Shown piece by piece: positions 51,396-64,000 of a DNA stretch of 64,000 nucleotides. The notes beneath the pieces are model-generated. The model did not search any database, was not told the origin of the DNA, and was given only the letters and a program-made list of their open reading frames with translations. This DNA is from Raillietiella orientalis (taxonomy: Eukaryota). Within the stretch, counting starts at the first letter, position 1. Every line of letters begins with the position of its first letter. The stretch covers positions 1,798,001 through 1,862,000 of the forward strand of contig JAYWIR010000041.1 of the NCBI GenBank assembly GCA_036172245.1, in the 5' to 3' direction. The position numbers were made by a program, and so were the translations under genes.

Positions 51396-51429
51396 TGCGT
51401 GCGTGCGTGCGTGCGTATGTGTGTGTGTG
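51396..51429. repeat. Compound microsatellite (TGCG)5 + (TG)n
   Basis: Read directly. Confidence 0.9.
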
Positions 51430-54400
51430 TTCCCTTCCCCCTGGCCTTGTGTTCCCGCGCGCTGGAAAGAGGTGACCGCATCCCGTTTCCACGACGTCAA
51501 CTGCGTACGAGTACCGCCGTGATGCGCAAATACAGTCTCCCAGCACGACGGCTCCCATCGGAAGGTTAAGATAATAGCAACACCAATAAAGTGGAACTCA
51601 CGCACCGGAAGTTGCACCGGCGGTCTTTCGGGATGCGCGCGTGTTGCGCGGTTGAACTTCGATTTGAGGCTGCGGCCGGCCTACTTGCGATTCGTGCTCA
51701 ATCGATGGGTCCAACTTGCAAATGGTGTCGAAAGGGGGGGGGGGAGAGAGAAAAGGAAGGAAGGAAGAAAGAGAAAAAAACAAAGTATCGTGTTCAGGAA
51801 CGACATGCGTAAATTCGATCATGGAATTTATGGACCGCCGCTGCAGCCTCTTGGCAGAGGGAGTCTGTGCGGTGAACCAAAAGCTGAAATGCGGCCGAGC
51901 GATAAATCCTTTCGTCGGATGCACAATTACGGATTTTCGAGACAGAACGATCGAGCAGAGCTGATTGGGAACCAGAGGCTGGAAGGGTTGGTTGGTGGTG
52001 TGTGAGAGCCTAACTGACGCGGAAGCAATCACTTTGAAGAAGAGGATGGTGATGCTCGCAGAAGTCCTCATTTTGCGCCACTGCCGCGAAGTGGAACCGA
52101 CAGAATACCAACGTTCTAATCGACTCACATCCAGAACGGGAACTTCGCTCCCCGAGAGAGGAAATTCGATCTTTCCTCGGTGGAGCCCACCCCTTTTCAC
52201 CAGAAAAGGATTCAAGAACGTGAATTGTGTGCGCGCGCGCTAATTCTCGCTCTGCAGATCCGGTTGTTCCGTGGGTGGTGCGGTTCGTGGCGCTGACGAA
52301 GAAGAAGCCGTCGCCTTTTTCACCTCGTCCTCCGTTCGTTGGAAACTTCTTCCGTCTCCGGTACAGGCAGCTTTGCTCCCAGCAATGCTGGGAGCTTCCC
52401 TCTTTTGCCGATGCCGTCGAGAAGCCTCAGGGTGGCAGAAGGATCCTACCCGAGGTCCCACCCCCATCACGCATGGTATTCTCCATCCCTCGTTCGTACA
52501 TTCTGTGGCATGGCCTCCGGAGTAGGGCCAAACTCTCGCGAGCTTCCGCCTTTTCGCTGACAATCTGGTGCTGGCTCATTCCTCCATCCTTCTCGCTTCC
52601 ATTGATTCCGATCGATGGGTCCGTCGTGGCCCACGACCTGCTGAAGGTAGGAGTGCAGCAGACGAAGATGCACATTGTGAAGATTGCACTCCTTTCACTT
52701 CAATCGGAAGAAACTCGGAATGCATCCCGACCCTATGATGATCCGACATTCCACAGTTTGCGTCTGGATTCGGAAACCCGGGGAAAGACTGAGAACAATC
52801 AGCTCCGTTCACTGAAACATCTCCACGTTCCCCTTCGGTTTGCTCAAAGACCCATTCCTTTTTCCTTTTTTTTTTTTACACCGGCTTTTCGATCCGTTCT
52901 GTACTCAGAAGTTTTCGTTGAGTTCCTCTTGTGCGTTTCTTTGATCCCAGTCTTTTTCTTTGATTTCATCAGGAAATCATCTGGTACTCATCGAGCATCA
53001 AAAGCACAAAGATGCTGTGCGGGGAACCAGACTTCGCCGGATTCTTGAAGAACTTTCCAGCACGCATTTCCCCATCCGTTCCTGCCCGGTCCTGCTGTGG
53101 CTTCTGTTGTCATTTCTCTGAGAGTTCTTGCCTGTGCTGCGAATCCAGAAGTCTTTTCCTTCTTGCGGGGCTTGTGGCTCCAAGGCAATGGAATGGTTTT
53201 GTCAATAATGTCATCCTTTTTTTATCTTCTTCCTCCTTCTTTCCGAGTTGAGGAAAGAGGATTTCCATCCAGTTACGCACGAGCCACAACCCTTCCTGTG
53301 TGTTTTGCCTACGATCACAGTACGAAGCAAGGACTGCCATCACTGTCACCAATAAATTGCATTTTTTTTTTCATCTGTAGTGATCTGGTAGCAAGCAGCA
53401 GCTAAGGCTGCTGCTTGCCACGCCCACCCATGCATTAAAGTGCTTTGAACCCCCAAGAGGTCCACTGGCTGTCCACTTGAATTCACCGAGCACGGTACCA
53501 TTATCATAATCTCCATTCCACTTATTGATTTCATTCTTGTCGTCCTCATTATCCATTCGATCATCACAAACGACCTTGACTTTGCTTCCCTTTGGCGTGC
53601 GGCGATGGTGACAGATGCCGCGGAGGACATCTCTTCAGAACTCGTGTCGTGCGGAGATTTTCCGCAAATATCTTGCAGCATACATTTCCTCGGGAAGTTC
53701 TCGAAATCAGAAAAACCATATACGTAGGTACACACGAAGAGAGAGAGAAAGAGGAAAAGATCAGATCCCAGTGTTGCTTGACGAAATAAAAAAAAATTGC
53801 CACACGATTTGCATAAGACGATCTGGCTAAATGGAAGAGGGTGCACAAAAGTGTGCCTGGGAGCCCACACGGAGGAGGAAGCGGAAACCAACATGTTAAC
53901 GAAACGATTCCTGGGAAGGACCATCGACTGTCGTAATGAAGATGGATTTATTGCACGCAGCTTAAGGCAAGCAAACTGACGCGTGTAAGTAACGAGGTGT
54001 GCTTTCAAGAGATGCGACTACTAATTGCGTGCGAATAACACGTCCTGCTAATTCAGATAAACAGCAAATAACAGAGATTTTACGATCGTTGCCGAGTGCG
54101 TGGCAGAACGCTCCATTAATCAGAGTGGAGTGTGCTCTCCGTGGATGGTCCCCATTATGATGTGTTAGTCAGCTGTTGAGAGTTTCCGATAAGCCTTGCA
54201 GTGGGAATAACGTCAGCATAAAGTGATCCCGTAGATCAGATCACAAACGAAGACAAATGCACTGGATTCGTTACGTGGACTGCTGCTGCACGGAATGTAT
54301 TTGAGGCAGAATACGTCGGAAGCGAATCGCCTGAGAGCCACGAATTCACCGAAAGGCCGGCGGCTACGTCTGGCAACGCAAAACTTGAGTCCGGAGTCTG

Positions 54401-57400
54401 GGAAGGAAACTTTTGGCTCCTGTCTCTGTTGATAGAAGTGCTGCGCCAAAACCCGTTTCTGTTTCGTTCCTCATCTCCTGATGAGAAAAATTTCCATCGG
54501 CATATGCGTTCAGTTTTGTTCCTTCTGCTTCGAGTTTCCTCCAAATTTTCTCATTTCTCATCTTCGCTGATTTGGTGTTTTTAACTCCGTAAATCTGTTG
54601 CAAGGTTCGTTTCCTCACAGTCCGGTATTCCTCCAGTGCCTGCGAGGCTTTCAGGATGAATGTTGCTCCCCGTCGTTTTTTCTCTCCTGGAAATCAATGG
54701 AATCCAAAGTCCATCCTTGGCAAATTTTCAATCTCGCGTACGTACGGTGATCATCTGAAGAATTATATTAGGTGGCAAATCGTAGAACCCTTCAGATTTA
54801 TTCCGATTGTCTAATCTTGGTGACAGACACGAAACAGTAGGCTTTCGTTGGCCAAAAAAAAAAAAAATAGCCTCTATTAGAGTATCAGAGGAAATGGAAG
54901 TAATCTAGCAGAGCAGAGACCACAACACAGGTTTTTCATGGATCTTAATGACTGTCAAGTCTTCAGTCCCAGCCAGGCAGCAGGCGAGACGAATGGAGAC
55001 ATGAAAAGGTGAAACGTGAAGATGACGCTTGGCGTCCAGCTTTCGCATCTTGGGGCTGCTGGTGCGAAGACACTCGGCGGCAAAGCAACGGAAGTGATGA
55101 TGCTCAAGAAGTTGATGCCAGCAACCGGGTTGTTTTCTCTGCTTCGTTGTGTGAAAAACGCAACGTGCGCCCTCCATGCAAAATGCTCCCCATCGAGCCC
55201 CCCAACCAGGTCAGTTTCAACTCACTCTAATCTGACAAAGTAGAAGATTCCATTTCCATATGTGGTGTGGCATCCTGAAAAACTCTCCTGCACTTAGAAG
55301 ACTTTGTGACGCTGGTCGGTTCAGAACTGAGGTCTCACGCAGGAAGGGATCTAGAAGTTATTGGGACAGGAACATAACAGGACAGGAAGGGACATTTATT
55401 GCGAGAGGCAATGATTTTGTGTGTTCTGACGGTTGCGCCCCTCAAATTGTGCTGAGATGAGCTCGGTCTACTGCGGTTTACAGTTTTCACACATGGTGCG
55501 CCATCCTCGCCACTGGACCGCTAGCACTGGCAAAGGAGGCACTCGTTTCGGCGTGAGGAAAGCGCACGAAATAGGGGATCGGAAACGTGACCTCCCTGTG
55601 TCCTGACTCTTGCCCGTACCCGTGTTTTCGCTCACCACGTTCGAGTCGCCGCGCCCGTGCGGTGAAAGCAAGAACGCAAAAGCTGCGTTTTCCCTCATTT
55701 TCTGAGGTGAACGGGCACGAAGGATGCTTGCAGCTCGACTCTCCAAAATGAAAGCTCCGAGAAATGCGGTCCCCTCATCACTTTTGGATCGCTTGCATTC
55801 CTGACCGGAGAACGGTGCTTGCCGTCGTCCGCTAGGAGCGAAGGATGGTGCATCGTGAGGAAGATGCTCAGCTCATGCTTCGCGCTCCCTTGGTGACCAC
55901 GAGCTCTTAGAATTCGCTGAAAAAAATACGCAGAACGAGTTCCTCTGACGGACCCGATATCTCAGAAAAAGGTTCTTTCATCTTGCCCTTTGTGTTCTGC
56001 AAAAATCTTTGGAAATGCCTCACGAATCCAGCAGTGCTTGCTCTCAGAGCGATGGTCCCCACTGAACTCCAATCTGGTTGAGGAAGGATCCTTCAGGAGT
56101 GAGCTGTTGCTTCTTCCTGTTGTGCTCATCGGCTGTGAAACGCAAACGTCAATCAGAGACCTTGATCTCTGTCTTTCCATCGAGTGGCTTGAGAACAACC
56201 TTTTTTGGTTCCTCCCTCCTTCCCTCATTTGTCACTCTGCTGATAGCGTCAGCATTTCCTTCTTAAAATTCCGAAGATATTGCCTCGTCCAAGAGACTCC
56301 AGCAATCTTGGTATTAACTAAACCCTTCTCATTGTCTAAATCGAGGATAGATTATTCTCTTGGGGACAATCTCTTTTTTTTTCTCATAGGCTTAAGAGCT
56401 CAAGTTGGTTATTTTATCTTCATGAGAGCTCCTTTAGGAAATGCCACTGATAAACAGATCAAAATGGATGCACTTCACAGGAAAAAAATAATAACAAACC
56501 AACCAATCAATAAGTATGACGTTGTGCTTTCAATTTTAATCATCAAGTGCAATGCAAACTCCTATGGAAAAGTTTTGTGGGTTCGTCTCTTCTCTGCTTG
56601 CATCCTCGACGCACCCACATCTTCTCTGCATAATCTACAATCTTGTGAGGATTTGTGTTTATCCAGTTAGCAGATGGAGGAATTTGCATGCTATTAAAAT
56701 GGGTTCTCCTGAAGGATGGATTTTTTCTTCTTTTTAGTTTTCATCATCTCTTATATCGTATCGTATCGTTTCTGCCCTTGCAAATCTAGCGATATGTCCA
56801 GAATCCAATTATACTGATATTCATGGACCATGTGACGTAGGCCGTATAATAATAGATCGAAATCTTTGCTCTGGACCTTCCACAAAGCATCTAATCTGAA
56901 GTGCATTCCCAACATAAAAAAAAGCTTTATTCGTTGAACCCGCAGGGTAATTTGAAATTTATGATGTGATTAAACGTGGAGATTTCGAATAAAAATCAAA
57001 TCGAATGGTGTCTTCTGGGAAAGGAACAACACGTGTTTAATGCACATGAATGCTGCAGTGCTCTTGGATTTGAAGCCCTATTTTAACCACATCTCTGTGT
57101 TATGGATGCAGGAGTAGTGTTGCATTTTTTCCAGGAGCACGAATGTGGTCTCCAGCACCGAAAGCTGCATGCCGCATTAGTGGATGCTGGCGCAAATATT
57201 TCAAGGGAAGGAAACCAAACTCCATCCAGTGAAATGGGTCGCGGAAGCTTTCACTGCCCAATGAAATTGCTCTGTTACATAAAAATTTGAACTTTATAAA
57301 AATGCAATGCCCAAAGTGTACTTTGCGAAGAAATCATCGGAGAGTCTTCGATCGAAGCGGAATGGACCAGTGTGTGAGCACACTGAACGCACGCACAATG

Positions 57401-58839
57401 CGCGTTTCTGTCCGACTCCGGGATGCCAATACAGAGATGAGAAAAGTTGCTCATCGAGGATGCCGGCTTACACGATTAGTTCTAAGGAGCAGCGAATGGT
57501 ACTCCTTCAAGTGGGTGTTTTTTTTTTCTCTGTTATTTTTGAGCGAGAGGATTGGCATTCGTGAGAAACTGAGAATCACTAAGGTGCTTATTTTGGCCTC
57601 TCGAAGAACACACTGGAACTCTTTATTGCTACAGGTGCAGCGTGCTGCTGCATTCAGGGTATGGGGGAGAGAGAGAGAGAAAGTGATGGCGGACTAAAAA
57701 ATTGGATTTCAAGTTCTCAGCATGCTTTAAAAAGATCACCTCTTAATTAGGAGAGGTGATATGAGCCTAGGTGCAGACGGAGCATGGCAAAGAGGAAACT
57801 TCGGTCCAAGAGAAACAAAGCTCCGGAGGATTTACCGTGAAGCAGGTTTCAAAGAAAATTCCAAACTGGAAGGGTAGTGCGAGACATAGAGCAATACTGG
57901 ATGTACAATTCTTTGACCACAAGGTCGTAGCAGTCGAAAGTGTTTCGAAAGAGTTTTGCTTCAGGATTACGAGATATCCGCTACCTGGAATGCCTGGATG
58001 CGGTTCCGTCTATGTGCGCAATTCTCTGACCGCATTTAATCTCAGAAGAAACAAAAGTTAACGTGTTAGCATCGTTAGGTCCACAGGAAAACGGAGCTTG
58101 AGATGTTTTCCGGGAAATTTCTGCCTAGGAACTTTTGCTTCATGATGTCACGCGCTGTTGATTGATCTGCAGCATTTCTTTTATCGGAAGCACTTTTTTT
58201 TCTTTTTTGGGCTCCTTCGATCATTGAAATAAAGTAGAATCTAGACAACTGCATCCCTCCGTAATCATAAATTTTCGGTTCACTTAAGCGCAGCAAGAGG
58301 CTCACTCAAGTTCACTTAAGCTTTCTTCTCCTGTTGCACTGGCTTGGTGCGGAACGGAGTTGCTGATTTCCTGATTTCTGATTCTTTTTTCCTACATGGG
58401 AGAAAAGCGACTTCGTAGATTTCAACCTTGCAGAGGTCTTTCAGCGAAAGGACATTAACTAATTTTCAAAGGAAATGAAACCACGGAGCCGATCTACAAT
58501 TTGTCTTCCTTGCATGACAGCGAGGTTTTTTTTGGCCGGGGATCAAAAGGGGGGAGAGGGAAAAAAAAGGAAGAGATATTTTGTTTTCAAAAACACTCCA
58601 CCCGTTCTTCAGTGATGACTCTTTGACCTCAGAGTAAACACACGAAACGTATTTCCTCTCAACGTTTGCTACACCACCCGACTAAACACCTGCGACCATC
58701 AGTTGGCCAGAGCTTCACGGTACTTAAAATGGCGGCATTTGCCATCAACAAACACTCCTGTTTCGAAAATAAGAATGGTTCTTCTGGATCGCTTAAGCAA
58801 TCATGTTAATTACCACCATTCAAGTGCTGGACGTCATTT

Positions 58840-59740
58840 GGCTCCTGCACCTACCGTGTGCTGCGCAATTAAAACATGCAACTCGTTTTTCTTGTCCATT
58901 ACTGCAAGACAGTGCTCTTCAGTTTCGACCGTGATTGCAAAACTTTCTGTTGCGAAGACTCGGATGCTGAAAGCTAGGATAAAATATTTAAAGAATATTT
59001 GTCCTCTTTAACGAAATGGTGATTTTCTGCATCCTCCCTGCGATTTGCAATCCATCTGCTCTCAGCTCCAGTTCCTGGATCTGAAAGAATTTGCCTTTTT
59101 TTAGATGTTAGCAACCAGTTGTCCATGCAAAGATGACAGACATTCAGACAATGAATTTTAGCTGTTTTCAAGATGGCTGGCTAGCTCCCTTCTGCTCTTG
59201 AGTTGTCTCTAAGAAGTGGTTGGCATTCCCAAATCTGGATTGGAAGCTCAGTCATGAAACCAGATCTTGATCGACTATATTCCTGAGGGAATTTTTTCCG
59301 TGCTGGCGGTTCCATCTTCCCAAGAGAAGCATCTTGCAGAAAGGACAGCACTCGATTTCTCTGAATCACTCTGGAAGCTTCAACACTGAATGGTGCGGTG
59401 CGTGCTTGACGTGCCGCGGGTGGCTCGTTGGCGCTTGTCGTGTGTCCTGTTTGCTGCGTTGCTCGTGTGCCTGCAGCTTCTGCACTCATCAGAGCCTTAT
59501 ATGACGGAATTTTCATTGGTTTCTTTGAAAAGACAATCCCCCCGTGGTTCGGTAAGATGTTGGGTTTCGGGAGCACAGTGTGCTTGGTTGGACGTGCTGG
59601 GGTTTTCGGAAGGCTGTGTCTAGTGATGGTTCAGGTCTGGAATGTGGGTGCTCGGACCTTGGGAACTGGATCTGAGACTTCCTTTGACTTTGTCTTTGAG
59701 CACCTCCGTGCGTTACCGAAACGGCAATTCTGATCCTGCT
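58840..59740 (-). mobile_element. Possible decayed gag-like reading frame
   Basis: ORFs 59181-59576 and 58974-59171 lie in one interrupted frame, followed by a degenerate knuckle CFNCAAHGRC. Confidence 0.25.
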
Positions 59741-62700
59741 AATCCTCTCATGTCGAAGTTGGGTGCATCATATTAACGTGAAGGACCGATACTAGGATGT
59801 ATCGTTTTCCATCCCTGCTGCCTCCCACTTATTGGAGAAAGCGAGTAAAAAACGTACTTGCAGCCAGTCTAGAAGCCGTGTTTAGGATTTTCTGTCTACA
59901 GGGGAACGCTTGGTCACGACTTTCCGAGACTTTGCTAAATGCACGAACTCTAGAGAGAAATGACATGACATTTTGCCGCTTGCCTTCTTCTCACTTGTTG
60001 GTAAGTTTTCTGAAGAAGCTCTCCAAGTGTTTTGTTTGGGAGAACCATGGGAGAACCAAACGCCTTCGCAGAAGCAGATGAAGCTTGCCTTAGAGGATGT
60101 AACCACACAGATTGGCACGGGCCAAAAACAACTGCGAGCTATATAAACCGGGCAGGCCAAGGATTGCCTCCTCCTTCCAGACCTTGGAGCCTGTCTCGTC
60201 GATCTTCAGTTGCGCTTTGCCAGCCTTTCCGAACCGCGGAATCCCTAACATCTGCAGGTCACTTGCATTTGCCGTGTTTCTGCAATAGGAGTTCCTGAAG
60301 GTTTTTCCCAGCTTGGTGTCGCTCTGCTTCTTCGGGACCAAAGAATCTGCATTCCATCTGCATTCACTTGTTCCGTTTCTTGAAATGCCCTGTTAACAGT
60401 TTGCTGCGATGCTCGCGTAGTCAGGCCGGAGATAGCTGGTTCCTCCTAGACGGCAAGGTTCATCTGCTTCTGAACTCTCATTATAGTATTACAAGTGAGG
60501 ATTTACGGTCAGTCCTCTGTGCATCGACTCTGACGTCTCCACGCATACAACTTTGTTTTCAAATTCGTTTCGAAAGATTGCAAGCAGGAAGGTCAGGAAA
60601 TTCAGTCACATGGGTGAATCCAGGAGCTCCGTTCAGATGAGTAGGCCAAAGATCCAAGACTTAATGTTGCGGAAGTCATACGCGAGCCCAATCCTATGCC
60701 AGGAAGAATTTTTTCGGTGCATTCCAAATGCTGATCAAGAGGGCATGCAGTTTTTTCGAGGTCATTCGTAGGGCAAAAATGATTTGGAACAGTGTAAATG
60801 CCTTCTGTGTTGTAATCTCAGTACGTGATGGATTCCCATCTTTGTTCAGGCCCTCCCACATAGCATACTGCAATTATTTTTGACCTTGGGTTTACAGCAG
60901 AAGTTTCGTTTCCACTCCTTCAGCAAAAAGGAGAACCCTACTTTGGGTGCGGCTGCACCCAAAGTAGGGTTCCTGCAGACTCACGTGTGAGCGAGAGATG
61001 AATGCTGTTGTGACCATCATTCGAACAGGAGAACTCTGGGATTTACCTCGCAACCTCAGGTTTTCAGAGTGCGTTCTAATGACATGGCAATCCATTTTCT
61101 ACTAGAAATAGTTCTCTTGTCTGATCAGTTTTTTTTGCGTACGATGTTTTCTCTCACCTTTTGTACACAACAGGACCTCTCTTTCTTAAAGCAAAGGGAC
61201 GTCTCCCTATCCCGAGCAGCATTAAGTCATATGGGGCGGAGCTATTCATAGAGTAAGAAGTTTAGAAACTTTATAGAGGAGCACCCCGTCCTAGGTTTAG
61301 GATTAGGATTCAAGATTTCTTGAGTGAGATAAATGTATGAAATCATTTGGGGATTACTCTATAGTATTTAATTCATATGCGTATAAACTTATATGAATTA
61401 CTTAAATTAAAAATAGCTATCAACATATACTGTATGACCAAAAAGAAAGTTTATTCCATAGATAAGAACAATTATTAATCACATAAATTTCTATTACATC
61501 GGGCATTTCGCATGTTTTTTTATAGCTGTATCTTAGAAAAGTAAATTCGGGTATACTTTGATCTATGAGCACCATGAATTTGTAGAATACTGATAACACA
61601 TTAATATTATGCAGTAAAAAGTAAAATTCTGCAGAGATCATTGAATATTGAAAAAGGGGTAACAAGGGTAACTCTGATTTCAAACTTTCAAGTCATTCGT
61701 GCACCATCAATACAAACAAGACTCGAAAAGTAGTAGTAGGTTCGGTGGTATTATAATCGAGAAATAATTCAGAATAAGGTCGTGTAATGTCTTATCATAG
61801 AAGGAATTGACTGAAAACCGCAACCCTTTGAATTGATTCCATACTAAGGGCTCATTTTTCAACATATTTCACTACACCGAAATTGAGAATGACAGTCGCC
61901 AGAACCATTTGCTTGGGACGAAGCAATGAGTTAATTTACAATTCATGTGGAAGTTTTGCGTGGAACGCAAGAGTTAATTATGCCATGGCTATTAGCGACG
62001 ATTCCTGCATCGGATTCTTCACCGGTTTTCATGACATGGAATGTACGTGTGAGGGGAGCTGTTGGGGTCTGACAGCAGCGTTTGATTCCGGATGTAGAAA
62101 TAATTTGAATAGGGGGTTATTCGCTATTCATGTGCCGACGGGTCGGTGTTGAACGCAAGAGTGAAACTGATGTGTTTCTTGTTCGTGAGGAATTCATAGG
62201 CACTGAGGGTCGGTGTCCGCAGAAAGATGAGTTGGGATCCGAGACACAGAAACGCAGCCTTTCTTTGCTCTGCACATGTGCTCTTCATTTTACCTCTCGT
62301 TACCTGGCGAGGTAACGAGCCGAGGAAGATGGTGCATATTGTACAGGTCGCGGTGTATACCAGAAGAAGGTAGCGGTAGAAGCAGTCGGACCTTTGGTTG
62401 GATGGACGAATATCGATGCAAGCTGTGCGTTGATTGCAAAATGGCGTTTCAAATAAACGAATACGTGATCTCGGGATGGATTTCCACGTTCTTGTTGAGT
62501 TGACATATGGGGACTTTGACACACAGGATCTGCGCGATTCGTTACTCGCGGCTTTTTTCTCTCCTATAAATCTTCAAGCATGGATTTCCACCACGGCAAA
62601 GGGCAGCGGCCAATGGCTTGCTGAAGGTCACCGCTCTTTTTACGTTTTGCATTTTGGGGGAACTGAAATCGGAGTCGTCTCACAGAAGGCTCATTGCATC

Positions 62701-64000
62701 TTTTAGGTGTCGTTTGAATCCGTACGCTGGGACGAACGTGGTACTTCATCTGAGGTTTTGCTTTCCATCTTTCGTTTATCTCTCTGTTTTGACAGGGATA
62801 GCTGTTGCTTATCCGATGCCCTCACGTCCTTCGTTATGCGGCCGTGTCTCTTCCTTTGGCAGACGTGCCACGGGAATCGGTGCTGTCCCTACACGCGTTG
62901 TTCCCGAACCGAATTCAGGGCTGGGCACACCCGCTTGTTCTCTTGCCGCGGCTCTTCGAAAGTTTGTCCCCATACAGATGTGATTTCTTCTTAAATGATA
63001 GAATGCTTCCAGTACTTCCAATTTTTCCTTATTCTTCCTATATGAGTACTTTGATTCTGGTATTCTAGAAATGAAAGTGGTGCTTCTATCTGGAGTGGAT
63101 TTGAAAATTTTTCGACGAGAGAAAACGTCAAGGGCTTGATGTAAGATTTAAAATGTAAAATTCCTGCCTGTCCTGCTCGGTAATTTTCTTATTTCTGATA
63201 AAAGCATAGATCAACCTGTAGTGGCCACACCATAGAAGAGTTTATTCTGGAAATTTCCTCTAAAATGGTTCCATCTCTTGGAATAATTTCGATATTAGCA
63301 GATATTACCTACTCCTTTCTGCTTCGCTTTTGAAATCGATGCTTTCTTCGGTTTTCTCCTCTCTAATGGATCAGTTTCTACGCGGATCGCTCAGCTCCAG
63401 CTCCTATTCATCTCACCACAGAGTTTTCTAAAACACTTCTTCGAGACGCAGCTTTCAAGAATTCCGCTATTTTTTTGCACTGCAGCACGGAAGGATGTGT
63501 TTTTCAGGTGAAAGTGCAGATCTGTGGAATTTGTCTTGTGTCCAATTTTTTTTTTTTCCAAAATTTTCATCGGAAACATTTCTTTCAAGGGGGGGAGGGC
63601 ACGAAATTTTCTTGATACTCTGGCAATTCTGGAACGCTGTTTTCTCCGAGATGGAATTGTTCACATGGTATGCGGTGCACCGTGCTGTGTAGTATGTGTG
63701 CGTACTTTAATATCTATAATTTGTGGATGCTCCTTTCATTCACTATATGTGTGTACATACGCTTTTTTGCGTTTCAATAACCTCAGAGGCCATCATCTTT
63801 CCTGAAAAAGTTTTCTATATGCTTACGCTGCATACTCGGACTTTGAATGAAACACTGACGAGGGAGCAGAAAATTTTCTCTGGTGAGATGCGAGATCCTG
63901 TACCTACACGAGGATTCGAAACATTTTCAAAGAAAAAGACAGAGAGATGCTTAGACGTTATCAGGTTAGGATTATAGAATCGGAAAATGTGAGCAACGGA

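Noticed and set aside
51021..54008. ORFs of 198-273 aa (51021-51617, 51598-52215, 52227-53048, 53346-54008)
   Set aside because: They run through homopolymers and microsatellites, show no domain and no convincing splice structure.
55962..56670. 226-aa + ORF and a faint PB1-like minus frame (WIREAFPKIF)
   Set aside because: Similarity is too short to support any call.
1..64000. CRISPR arrays, operons, rRNA or tRNA genes
   Set aside because: The sequence is eukaryotic; no regularly spaced repeats or recognisable structural RNA genes were seen.

Overview
Eukaryotic (animal, most likely arthropod) nuclear DNA with short GT-AG introns, so most entries in the six-frame ORF track are spurious. One clearly intact gene is present: NRBF2/Atg38 (4 exons, + strand, 27564-28992). 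There is also a probable secreted, cysteine-patterned odorant-binding-protein-like gene (- strand, 3130-4043) paired head-to-head with an inverted pseudogenised copy. The first ~43 kb is otherwise a mosaic of decayed foreign or retrocopied pieces: three 5'-truncated L1/Tx1-type retrotransposons plus a solo 3' end with a target-site duplication; several degraded reading frames resembling the same central part of a bunyavirus L polymerase (endogenous viral elements, EVEs); a decayed Mud/NuMA C-terminal fragment; an ND1-like NUMT; and a GC-rich insert with a 17-bp TSD. Nearly all viral-like and L1 coding relics lie on the minus strand, an arrangement suggesting a uni-strand piRNA-cluster-like viral archive. 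After a CTCF-like motif at ~43.2 kb the sequence looks intergenic or intronic, with a Ty3/gypsy relic and a 167-bp-arm inverted repeat. All homology calls were made by eye from manual translation and remembered family motifs; the viral calls in particular need database confirmation.
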